Shown: piece by piece, positions 9,312 to 18,600 of the stretch
Position numbering within the stretch: position 1 is the stretch's first letter
How the letters are laid out: each line of letters begins with the position of its first letter
Source of the DNA: Candidatus Multivoradales bacterium
Lineage (GTDB): Bacteria; Acidobacteriota; Thermoanaerobaculia; Multivoradales; Multivoraceae
Length of the DNA: 64,000 nucleotides
Assembly: GCA_965223325.1 (NCBI GenBank)
Contig: CBDCWI010000002.1
Coordinates: 4,320,001 to 4,384,000, forward strand
Direction of reading: 5' to 3'
The notes under the pieces: model-generated
Told to the model about the DNA's origin: nothing
The model's input: only the letters and a program-made list of their open reading frames with translations
The model's database searches: none
Translations under genes and position numbers: made by a program

Positions 9312-10916
9312 ATGAAACAACTTCGGCGTTCCCCAGAGCGTGTAGCGCTCGTCGCTCTGATCGCCCTGCAGGGGTTCATCGCGCCTGGCTTCAGCCAGGA
9401 GGCAGAGGCCACTCCCGCGGCCCAGGAGGCTCAGAGCTCCACACCCGAGACTCCCGATCCGCCGCCAGCCGCCGAGCCGCCCGCCGCGACGGGTGCCGAG
9501 GTCGAGAACGAGCTCCGACAGATCGACGAGGAGCTCGAGGCGCGCCAACGTGCGGTGCGTGAGGAACGCGAGAAGCTCCAGCGCGCATTGGACCTGCTCG
9601 ACAGCGAAGAGGAACGCTTGGAGCGCCAGGGGCGGACCCTGCGTGAACGCGAGCGCGAGCAACAGAACGAAGAGCGTCAGCGCGAGCAAGAGCGGCGGCG
9701 CCAACAGCGCGAGTCCGAGCGTGAAGCGCGCGAGCGCCTGCGGGAAGACGAGTGGCGGTCCTCGAACAAGTGGAGTTTCGGTCGCACCGTTCGCGTCGAA
9801 GAGGGCGAAACCGCGCAGTCCGTCCAGGTCATGGGAGCCGACGTCGAGATCGAAGGCCACGTAGACGGCGATGTCAGCGTCGCCTTTGGCAATGCGTTTG
9901 TATCCGGGCATGTCGACGGCGAGGTCGAAGCCTTTCTCGGTGACGTCGAACTCCGCCCGGGTGCCGTCGTTCGTGGTGACGTCACCAGCGTGGGCGGCGA
10001 CGTCAGGCGCATGGCGGGCGCCCGCGTCGATGGCACGATCGACGAGGTCACCGTCGGTGGCGACCGGTGGTCGACCGATCGCGAGCGAGAATGGGAAGAA
10101 CGCTGGGACGATCGCTTCCCGCGGAGCAGTCGCGGGCCCCGCTGGTTGAGCCTCGACTGGATCCTGAGCCTCGGCTGGCTGGCGCTCATGGTGGCGGCGA
10201 TCTACTTCTTCGGCTGTGTCGCGCAGCTCATTCTGCCGGCGCAGGTCGATCGTGTGGAGTCCATCGTCAGTGCACAACCGCTGCGCGCCGGAGTGGTCGG
10301 TCTCGCTCTCGTCGCTGCTTTCTTGCCCGCTCTGGTCCTGGTCGTCGTCCTGCTCAGCATTACAGTCATCGGCATCCCACTTTTGATTTTCGTTCCGTTC
10401 GTGATTCTGGCGCTCGGTTTCGTCGCGATCTTCGGCTACAACGTCGTAGCAGTGGCGATCGGCCGGCGGGTACCGCTGCGAGGAGCGCTACGGGCCGAGA
10501 CGAACTATGGCCACCTGTTGACCGGGCTGTTCCTGCTCCACTTGATCCTTGCCAGCGGCTTTTTCCTCCAGATCATCCGTCCGCTGGAAGGCTTCGGCGT
10601 TCTGTTTTGCATTGTTGGTGGACTCGCCATGTTCTGCGCGATGGCGGTTGGCCTTGGCGGCGTCTTCCTGGCGCGGTTCTCGGGCAACTCTTCAAGCGGT
10701 GCGGCTGCCACGGTGCCACCGCCACCTCCGCCGTCTTCGACGACCTACGACGATCCTCTGATGCACGAAGACCTCGAACCACTCTCCTGGACGGATGAAG
10801 ACATCGCCACCGATGAGTTCGAGAGCACCGTGGAAGAAGAGGCGATTGAAGCCGAACCCGACGAAGCCGCGCAGGCCGACGAGCCCGCTTCAGACGAGGA
10901 TCAGGAGGGCGAGTAG
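9312..10916 (+). CDS. Membrane protein with coiled coil, bactofilin-like beta-helix repeats and multi-TM C-terminus
   Basis: Signal peptide, E/R coiled coil, repeats V.G.V.GDV....G, about 5 TM helices, acidic tail. ATG 9312. Confidence 0.75.
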   Translation: MKQLRRSPERVALVALIALQGFIAPGFSQEAEATPAAQEAQSSTPETPDPPPAAEPPAATGAEVENELRQIDEELEARQRAVREEREKLQRALDLLDSEEERLERQGRTLREREREQQNEERQREQERRRQQRESEREARERLREDEWRSSNKWSFGRTVRVEEGETAQSVQVMGADVEIEGHVDGDVSVAFGNAFVSGHVDGEVEAFLGDVELRPGAVVRGDVTSVGGDVRRMAGARVDGTIDEVTVGGDRWSTDREREWEERWDDRFPRSSRGPRWLSLDWILSLGWLALMVAAIYFFGCVAQLILPAQVDRVESIVSAQPLRAGVVGLALVAAFLPALVLVVVLLSITVIGIPLLIFVPFVILALGFVAIFGYNVVAVAIGRRVPLRGALRAETNYGHLLTGLFLLHLILASGFFLQIIRPLEGFGVLFCIVGGLAMFCAMAVGLGGVFLARFSGNSSSGAAATVPPPPPPSSTTYDDPLMHEDLEPLSWTDEDIATDEFESTVEEEAIEAEPDEAAQADEPASDEDQEGE

Positions 10917-11704
10917 ATGTTCGCTGGCGGTGCAGCGTCGACCGCTGGTTCCTCCGGAGGGGTCGTCCGTCGGACCTCGCGTAGAACGCCGATCAGAAAG
11001 AAGACCGGAACGAGCGCCAGCCCAGCCTGACCGGTGCGGTAGAGGGTGTACCAGAGCGGCGTCCCGGCCTCGATGATCTCGAGTTCCTCGAACAGTACGA
11101 CTTCACAGGCACCGTTGCCGCCGTCTTTGCGGGTGCGACTGGTCCTGCGCCACCAGCCCTGCCAGTCCTCGACTGTGTAGTCGACGAGCAGGCCCTTGAA
11201 CCGGATCTGATCGCCAATTCGCACCTTTTCGAGCGCCTTTCGGAGCTCCGGAGACTCGGTGATCATGTGGTTGTTGGCGAGCGCGTCGTCAAAGAACAGT
11301 TGATTCTCGCGGTAGCTGAAGTAGCAGAACGAGGGGCCGCTCTTGAACTTGACTTTCTGGTAGTCGCCCTGGCTCAGGTTCTGGCCCCACAGGACGCACA
11401 GGTCGCGGGTATCGACTGAAGTAGTGTCGTGCACATTGTCGGCGATGCCGTCGATGTTGTTGTGGGTCACAACCAGCCCGTAGAGCTCGTATTCGGCGAC
11501 CGGGCGCACGTCGATGCGCTTACCCGCGTACTCGAACGAGAACGGCTCTCGGTGTGTCTTGGTCTGGCGCGGCTCCTCTAGAAGCTGCTCATCGACCTGC
11601 TCAGGACCGGGCAGGCTGCCCTTCTGGGTGCACGAGACCACCATCAAGAGAGCCGAGAGGACGAACAGGGTCGGTAGCGGTTGTGGTCTCTTGAGGAGGT
11701 CCAT
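10901..11704 (-). CDS. Hypothetical exported/membrane protein
   Basis: Coherent globular ORF with N-terminal hydrophobic segment (VVSC lipobox-like) and C-terminal TM. ATG 11704. Confidence 0.7.
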   Translation of the reverse strand: MDLLKRPQPLPTLFVLSALLMVVSCTQKGSLPGPEQVDEQLLEEPRQTKTHREPFSFEYAGKRIDVRPVAEYELYGLVVTHNNIDGIADNVHDTTSVDTRDLCVLWGQNLSQGDYQKVKFKSGPSFCYFSYRENQLFFDDALANNHMITESPELRKALEKVRIGDQIRFKGLLVDYTVEDWQGWWRRTSRTRKDGGNGACEVVLFEELEIIEAGTPLWYTLYRTGQAGLALVPVFFLIGVLREVRRTTPPEEPAVDAAPPANIYSPS

Positions 11705-11848
11705 GGTTGAGGGCAAGAGCGGTTGCGTTCACGGTGTCGCGGAGTTCAATTCTAGTAAAACTAGTAACAGCTTGCGAGATCCCGCGGCGCCTCGAGCGCC
11801 CCGCGTCGCTGCCATACTTGCCGTTCTCCAGCTCAGAGGACCCTCGCC

Positions 11849-14218
11849 TTGTCGACCAGAACGCAGTTCGGGCCGGCCCCCACGGCCGACCCGCGGTTTC
11901 CCAGAATCACCCCAGTCGTTTCCCAGTCGATTGCCCGGGAGTTGCCCGGGTCTTGGCGGGCGGCTGCGGTGTCTCTGGTTGTCGGGAGCCTCTTGCTTGC
12001 GGGAGCACCCCTCGGGGCGCTCGAGCGAGGGGACCTGTGCGAGCACCTGCGCGGTGGGCGTTCACCCTATTTTGGGCGGGCCTTCCTGGATGAGATCCGG
12101 GCCGCGCTCGACGCCTCTTCCGACCCTGCGGAGGAGTCTGGCTATCGGGGTCTCCTCGGTGCCGAGCTGCTCAAGCACGGCCAACTCGACGAGGCGCTCG
12201 AGTTGCTCGAACAGGCAAAGCGCGAGATCGCCACCCAGGAGCGCAGCGACGGCCTGGCATCTTCCGTCGATTGGCATCTCGCGCTGGCCCACCTACGCCT
12301 GGCCGAGCAGCAGAACTGTGTCGGTCACCGCAGTGCGGCGAGCTGCATCCTGCCAATCCGGAAAGATGCAGTTCATACCCTGCCAGAACACAGCCGGAGA
12401 GCCGGTGACCTCTTTGCGGCCTATGCGAAGGAGCATCCGCGCAACATTCAAGCGGTATGGCTGCTCAATGTAGCCCGCCGGGTTGCCGGCCAGTTTCCCG
12501 ACGGTGTACCGGCCCCTTTGCGCATCACCGATGAGCAACTGACTGCGGATGGCGCTGCGTTCGCTTATTGGACCGATCGTGGTCCGGAGCTCGGCCTGTC
12601 GACGCTCGATCTTGCAGGTGGCGCAATCATGGACGACTTCGACGGTGATGGCCACCTCGACCTGGTGAGTTCGACCTGGGATCCGTGCGGTGGACTGGCG
12701 GCGTTTCGAAACAACGGGACCGGCGGCTTTGAAGACGTGACGGATCTCTGGGGTCTGGCTGATCTGGCAGGTGGGCTGAATCTGGTCCATGGCGATGTCG
12801 ATGGTGACGGCTGGCTCGACTTGCTGGTCTTGCGCGGTGCCTGGCTGCTGGCCGACGGCCAGATCCCGAACACCCTGCTGCGCAACCGTGGCCCTCTTTC
12901 GACTGCGGCCGGCGACGTCCACAAACGTTTCGAAGACATCACGGCGACAGCCGGCCTGGAGGAACCGGGCTACCCGACGGCCAGTGCCGCCTTTGCAGAC
13001 TTTGACGGTGACGGCGACCTGGATCTCTTCGTTGGCAACGAGGCGACGAAAGCCTCGTCCTATCCGTCGCAGTTGTTTCAAAACGATGGCCGAGGTCGTT
13101 TCATGGACATCGCCTCTTCATCAGGGGTCTCGAACCTGCGCTACTCCAAGGGTGTCGCCTGGGGCGACTTCGACGAAGACGGTGACCCGGACCTCTACGT
13201 CTCGAACTTCGGCGAGAACCGCCTCTACCGAAACGACGGTGCCACGCCTTCCGGCGACGGGTGGCAGTTCGTCGACGTCGCACCGGAGCTCGGTGTGGTG
13301 GCTCCGCGGGTCGAGAGCTTTGCGTCCTGGTTCTTCGACTACGACAACGATGGCGACCTCGACCTGTTCGTGGCCGACTACCGCTCGCAGGCGGCGCGGG
13401 TGACCGCGTCCTACTTTGGCATGGCGACTCCCGAGGGGCAGCCGCTGCTCTACCAGAATCAGTTCAGCGAAACCGGTAGCGCCTCGTTTCGTGAAGTGAG
13501 TCGAAGCGTTGGGCTTGTACGTCCGGCGATGCCGATGGGCGCCAACTATGGTGACCTCGACAACGACGGCTGGCTGGACATCTACCTCGGCACTGGCGAA
13601 CCAGACCTCGCCAGCCTGATGCCCAATGTCATGTATCGCAACACCGGCGGGCGCTTCGTCGACATCACGATGGCGGGCGGCTTTGGACACCTGCAGAAGG
13701 GGCATGGCGTAGCCCTTGGTGACCTCGATCACGACGGGGATCAAGACCTGTTCCACCAGCTCGGCGGCTTCTACCCAGGCGACCGCTTCGGCAACGCCCT
13801 GTTCGAGAACCCGACTGCCAACCCGCGTGAGGCGGCCGGCGCGGGAAGGAACCGGTTCTTGACGTTGCACTTCGAAGGTCGGCGTGCAAACCGCTTCGCT
13901 CTCGGCGCACGCGTAGAGATCGTCGTGCTCGATGCGGCCACGCCCGCGGTTCCACGGTCGATTCATCTGCTCGTCGGTGCCGGCGGTTCGTTCGGGGGCT
14001 CGAGCCTGCGCCAGGAGGTCGGTCTCGGCAAGGCGACCCAGGTGCGCGAAGTCATCGTGCGCTGGCCCGGTTCTGGCGTCGTCGATCGATTTCGCGACCT
14101 CGAACTCGATCGTGTCTACTTGCTGCGTGAAGGTGGATCCAGCGCGACCGAGGGCGCCGCCGCTCCCGAGGGTGCCGTCGCGCTCGTCGTCACTCCGTTT
14201 CGATTGGGTGGCGACTGA
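11849..14218 (+). CDS. CRTAC1/ASPIC-UnbV family FG-GAP repeat protein
   Basis: Many DxDxDGxxD repeats; C-terminal NRFALGARVE..GGSFG..EVGLG..VRWP (UnbV/ASPIC). Start uncertain. Confidence 0.9.
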   Translation: MSTRTQFGPAPTADPRFPRITPVVSQSIARELPGSWRAAAVSLVVGSLLLAGAPLGALERGDLCEHLRGGRSPYFGRAFLDEIRAALDASSDPAEESGYRGLLGAELLKHGQLDEALELLEQAKREIATQERSDGLASSVDWHLALAHLRLAEQQNCVGHRSAASCILPIRKDAVHTLPEHSRRAGDLFAAYAKEHPRNIQAVWLLNVARRVAGQFPDGVPAPLRITDEQLTADGAAFAYWTDRGPELGLSTLDLAGGAIMDDFDGDGHLDLVSSTWDPCGGLAAFRNNGTGGFEDVTDLWGLADLAGGLNLVHGDVDGDGWLDLLVLRGAWLLADGQIPNTLLRNRGPLSTAAGDVHKRFEDITATAGLEEPGYPTASAAFADFDGDGDLDLFVGNEATKASSYPSQLFQNDGRGRFMDIASSSGVSNLRYSKGVAWGDFDEDGDPDLYVSNFGENRLYRNDGATPSGDGWQFVDVAPELGVVAPRVESFASWFFDYDNDGDLDLFVADYRSQAARVTASYFGMATPEGQPLLYQNQFSETGSASFREVSRSVGLVRPAMPMGANYGDLDNDGWLDIYLGTGEPDLASLMPNVMYRNTGGRFVDITMAGGFGHLQKGHGVALGDLDHDGDQDLFHQLGGFYPGDRFGNALFENPTANPREAAGAGRNRFLTLHFEGRRANRFALGARVEIVVLDAATPAVPRSIHLLVGAGGSFGGSSLRQEVGLGKATQVREVIVRWPGSGVVDRFRDLELDRVYLLREGGSSATEGAAAPEGAVALVVTPFRLGGD

Positions 14219-15957
14219 TGCCGGCGTTCTTCCTACAGCGTGCTTTGTGCGCGCTGGTCCTCTCTGGGTTTCTGGGGCTTGGGCCAGTGGTGGCACAAGA
14301 CGCCCCGCGAGCACCGTGGTTCCTTGATCGGACCGAGGCCAGCGGCATCGACTTTGCGCATTGGAACGGGATGTCGGGACGGCTCTACTACCTCGAGATC
14401 GTCGGTGCGGGCGGCGCCCTCTTCGACTACGACGGCGATGGCGATCTCGACCTCTTTCTCGTGCAGGGTGCCCTCTTGGGGCCCGACCGCACCTTCGACG
14501 ATGCGACGATTCCCTGGCGCGGAGCGGGCCCGCCCCGCGACACCCTCTGGCGCAACGAAAGCACGGCCGATGGCCTACAATTCGTCGACGTCACCGAGGC
14601 CTCGGGCATCGACTCGAGGAGCTACGGCATGGGCGCGGTCGCCGGCGACATCGACAACGATGGCGACGTGGATCTCTACCTCCTCAACTTTGGCGCCAAC
14701 CAACTGTGGCGCAACGAGGGTGGCGGACAGTTCGTCGACGCCACGGAGGCAGCGGGCCTCACCGAGCCGCGGTGGAGTGTTTCGGGAAGCCTCGCGGACT
14801 ACGACAATGACGGTGACCTCGACCTCTACGTTGTGAACTATCTCGACTACAGTTTCATTGGTCACAAGAGCTGCCTCACCGAGCGCGGCGAGCCCGACTA
14901 CTGCCTGCCGAGCGCCTACAGTCCGGTCGCCGACGGTCTCTATCGCAACCGCGGTGACGGGACCTTCGAAGATGTCAGCCAGGCGGCGGGCATCAGCTCG
15001 GCACCGGGTAATGGGCTCGGAGTCATCAGTGCCGACTTCGACTCGAACGGCGCAGTCGACTTCTACGTCGCCAACGACCTCATGGCCAACAATCTCTGGC
15101 TCAACCAAAAAGACGGCACCTTCGTTGACGAGGGCCTGCTCTCGGGTGTCGCGTTGAACCGCCTCGGCGAGGCCGAAGCGAGCATGGGGATCGCCGCTGG
15201 TGATCCCGACGCTGATGGCGACCTCGATCTCTTCGTGACCCACTTTCGCCGCGAGAGCAATACCTACTATCGACAGCGACGCTCGCTCGAGTGGGTCGAC
15301 GCGACCGACTCCGTGGAACTGGGCGCGCCGAGTTGGTTGTTCACTGCCTTTGGAACGGCCTTCATCGACTTCGACCTCGACGGTTGGCTCGACCTGGTGT
15401 CCGCCAACGGAGCCGTGACCTTCGTTCCAGGCGCTGACCGATCGGCTAGCGCACTCCCTCTGGACGAGACCAACCAGCTGTTTCGCAATCGCGGTGACGG
15501 ACAGTTCGAAGAGGTCACCCAGGCGCTCGGTGGGAGAGCCTTCGAGGTCTCGGGCATAAGCCGCGGTGCCCTGCACGGTGATCTCGATAACGACGGCGAT
15601 ACCGACCTGGTGATCACCGGCAACAGCGGTCCGGTCCAGGTCCTCCTGAACACCAACATCTCTGCGCCGTCACGCGCCTGGGTTGGTGTGCACCCGGTGA
15701 TCAGGACAGGGGCTGGCAGCAAGCGAACCGCGTTGGGTGCGCAGGTCGAGAGCACCTGGGGCCAGCGCACCCTGGTCCGCCGCGTCCAGCGTGACGGTGG
15801 CTATGCGACCAGCTCGGATCCGCGGGTGGTCCTGCCGGTGGCAGCCGGAGCCGAGCGGGCGTCGATCGTTGTGATCTGGCCCAACGGCCAGCGCGAGACG
15901 TTCACCGATCTCGAACCAGGGCGGTATCACGAGCTCGTCATGGCAGAGACGCCGTAG
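14218..15957 (+). CDS. CRTAC1/ASPIC-UnbV family FG-GAP repeat protein
   Basis: FDYDGDGDLDL repeats, ASMGIAAGD, SRGALHGDLDNDGDTD, GGYATSSDPR; TGATG overlap with upstream gene. Confidence 0.92.
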   Translation: MPAFFLQRALCALVLSGFLGLGPVVAQDAPRAPWFLDRTEASGIDFAHWNGMSGRLYYLEIVGAGGALFDYDGDGDLDLFLVQGALLGPDRTFDDATIPWRGAGPPRDTLWRNESTADGLQFVDVTEASGIDSRSYGMGAVAGDIDNDGDVDLYLLNFGANQLWRNEGGGQFVDATEAAGLTEPRWSVSGSLADYDNDGDLDLYVVNYLDYSFIGHKSCLTERGEPDYCLPSAYSPVADGLYRNRGDGTFEDVSQAAGISSAPGNGLGVISADFDSNGAVDFYVANDLMANNLWLNQKDGTFVDEGLLSGVALNRLGEAEASMGIAAGDPDADGDLDLFVTHFRRESNTYYRQRRSLEWVDATDSVELGAPSWLFTAFGTAFIDFDLDGWLDLVSANGAVTFVPGADRSASALPLDETNQLFRNRGDGQFEEVTQALGGRAFEVSGISRGALHGDLDNDGDTDLVITGNSGPVQVLLNTNISAPSRAWVGVHPVIRTGAGSKRTALGAQVESTWGQRTLVRRVQRDGGYATSSDPRVVLPVAAGAERASIVVIWPNGQRETFTDLEPGRYHELVMAETP

Positions 15958-15992
15958 CGAGCAAAGACTGGACTTGGGCGGTAGAGGATCAA

Positions 15993-18116
15993 ATGACACG
16001 TGTCTTCAATCAAACGGGAGCTCGCGGCGGCACCCTCTTCGGCAGCTGGGTGGTGGTCATGTGGCTGATGTCGATCACATCGGCCAGCGGCCAGCCGACG
16101 GGACCTGAGTCCACCGAGTCGGTGAGTCTGCTTCCCGTCCCCGCGTTGTCGCTCGAGTCGGTCGAGCCGGCCGTGCGCACGCAGCTCGAAACCCTCCGGG
16201 AAGAGCTCAACGTCATCGTAGCGCGTGCTGACTCTTCGAACGAGAACGCAACAGCGGCTTCGCGTGATGAACTCGCCGAGGCCTTTGGCGAGCTCGGCCA
16301 GATGCATCTCGTCTACGACTTGCTCGAGGTCGCCGAGCCGGCGCTCCTGAACGCGCAGCAGCTCGCACCGCGGTTTCGGTGGGCGTACCTTCTCGGTTCG
16401 CTTTACCAACTCGACAATCGGCTCGACCAGGCGGCTACCCAGCTCGAGGAGGCCTTGCGTAGGCGGCCCGACGATCCCACTGCCCTCGCGCGTCTGGCGC
16501 AGATCGAGCTGCGCCGGCAGCGATCGCCCGAGGCCTTGCGTGCTGCGAGCCGACTGCTCGAGCTTGCTTCCGGGGCGGAAACCGGGGCCAGCGCCTACGA
16601 GGCAGCGGCGCGCGCCAATCTCGGCATCCTGGCGCGCGAATCGGGCGACGCAGCGACAGCGGTCCAACATCTCGAGCGTGCCGTCGCCCTGCAGCCGGCC
16701 GCCAACCAGCTCTACTATCACCTGGCCCTTGCCCATCGAGCGCTCGGCAACGACGAGAAGGTTCGCCGGTACTTCGAGCTGCGCGGCGACCAGGAGGTGC
16801 GCTACCCGGATCCGCTGGCGCAGGAACTTCAGGGGCTGGCGACCGGTGCCGGTGCCTGGCTTTCGCTCGGCCGGATGTCGGCGAAGGGCGGTCATCTCGA
16901 AGTTGCCGAAGAGCGCTTCCGAAAGGCCACCGAGATCGACCCCCGGAGTGCGCCGGCCTGGCGCTCCCTGGCGGTGGCGGTGTTGCAACAGGGTCGAGCT
17001 GAAGAGGCGATCGGACACTACGAACGCTCGCTCGAGATCGATCCCGACAATGTCAACGTGCGTACGGATGTGGCAACGCTTCTTCTCGACAGCCTCGATC
17101 GGGAAAGCGGCTTTCCGAATGACGAGAAGAACCAGAGGCTGGGTCGCGCCGCGGCCCATCTCTCGAAGGCGCTCAGCCTGGCCCCCTCCTATCTGGCAGC
17201 CCGCGTTCTGCTGGCGACGACGCACCGCCGCCTCGGAGACCCCGAGGCCGCCGCCGGCGAGCTGAGGACGGCGATTGCTCAGGCGCCGAACTCTGCCGAG
17301 CTGCGTCTCCGCCTGGCACAGCTCGAGCTCGAGGCGGGCAGGCGTGATCAAGCCATCGCCACCCTCGAGGAGCTCAACACCGCGGCGCTGCCGGCCGAGT
17401 TGGCACAGGTTGCGAATGAACTTCGCGGGCTCGACCGCGCCCAGCAGGCCTTACGTTTCGACCGCGCCGTCTTCAACTCGGCCGAAGCAACGCCCGAACA
17501 GAAGGCGACCGCTTCTTTCCATCTTGCCAACGCCATGGTGGCCACCGGTGATCTCACGGGCGCCGTGGGCGAGTACCAGCGGGCTCTCGAGCTAGCGCCC
17601 GAGCTGGCGGAGGCGCGTCTCAATCTGGGAACCGTCTTCGGTCGCCTGGGTCGATACTTCGAGGCCGCCGAGCAGAATGCGTTGGTGCTCTCCTGGCAGC
17701 CCGAGAACCACCAGGCGCGCTTCGGCGAGTGCATGGCGCTGGTCCTGGCGGGGGACCACAAGAAAGCACGCCAACGCCTCGAACGTGCCCTTGAGCTCTA
17801 CCCGAGCCAGATCGTCTTTGGGCACCTTCTGGCTCGCCTTCTGGTCGCGTCGAGCGACGATGCGGTCCGTGACGGCGCCGTTGGTCTCGATCTCGCCAAC
17901 CGGGTTTTCGAAGCGCAGCCCGGGCCAGAGCACGCCGAGACAGTCGCCATGGGCCTCGCTGAGATCGGCCGCTTCGACGACGCTCTGAACTGGCAACAAC
18001 GCCTGGTCGAGCAGTACGAGGCGGCGGGGCAGCCGCTGCCGAAGGCGATCACTGAGCGCCTCGAGAGCTACCGCCAGTCCAAGCCGGTTCGCGATCCATG
18101 GTCCGACGGCGACTGA
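15993..18116 (+). CDS. Tetratricopeptide repeat protein, exported
   Basis: Numerous TPR motifs (A...LG..., ALE.DP); C-terminal RDGAVGLDLA module; follows the CRTAC1 pair. Confidence 0.9.
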   Translation: MTRVFNQTGARGGTLFGSWVVVMWLMSITSASGQPTGPESTESVSLLPVPALSLESVEPAVRTQLETLREELNVIVARADSSNENATAASRDELAEAFGELGQMHLVYDLLEVAEPALLNAQQLAPRFRWAYLLGSLYQLDNRLDQAATQLEEALRRRPDDPTALARLAQIELRRQRSPEALRAASRLLELASGAETGASAYEAAARANLGILARESGDAATAVQHLERAVALQPAANQLYYHLALAHRALGNDEKVRRYFELRGDQEVRYPDPLAQELQGLATGAGAWLSLGRMSAKGGHLEVAEERFRKATEIDPRSAPAWRSLAVAVLQQGRAEEAIGHYERSLEIDPDNVNVRTDVATLLLDSLDRESGFPNDEKNQRLGRAAAHLSKALSLAPSYLAARVLLATTHRRLGDPEAAAGELRTAIAQAPNSAELRLRLAQLELEAGRRDQAIATLEELNTAALPAELAQVANELRGLDRAQQALRFDRAVFNSAEATPEQKATASFHLANAMVATGDLTGAVGEYQRALELAPELAEARLNLGTVFGRLGRYFEAAEQNALVLSWQPENHQARFGECMALVLAGDHKKARQRLERALELYPSQIVFGHLLARLLVASSDDAVRDGAVGLDLANRVFEAQPGPEHAETVAMGLAEIGRFDDALNWQQRLVEQYEAAGQPLPKAITERLESYRQSKPVRDPWSDGD

Positions 18117-18600
18117 GGCGTGGCTGCTCGGGCCTCCCAAGTGACTGATTCAGAGGGGTTTCCAAGGTTCTCTTTGACCTTGTGACGGCTTCTAGTAAGA
18201 TCGATTCCCATCTATTAGTAGTTGATTCCGCCGACGGGTCCCACGCGCAGCGCAGCATGTGTTGCAGAGAGGGTCTCTAAGGCGGGTCGAAATACTTGCT
18301 GCCTGAACGGCGAGGGGTGCAGCTCGCGGGTTCCTACCCTGAGCGGCATTCCGAACATCGCTGGGGGATGGATGTGACGGCGGGCTGGCAGCAGACTTTC
18401 GGGTCGTAAGACCCTTCCCATGTGGTGGTTGTTTTGGGTCGTTTGCAGTGCAGGTCCGGGTGGATCTGAGCGACAGTGAACGATCTCCGTTGCGAAGGAC
18501 GATCGACGAGTTCGGTGGTTTGTAGCGGCGGACGGCGACGGATTCTCTTGTGGCAGAGGCCGTCGGCGAGGGGCACCATCGCCTCTTTGGAGGAGCCGAG

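Noticed and set aside
18117-18600. Riboswitch or ncRNA upstream of the M4 protease
   Set aside because: Only small hairpins (e.g. GGGTC-gtaa-GACCC); no family consensus that I can recognise.
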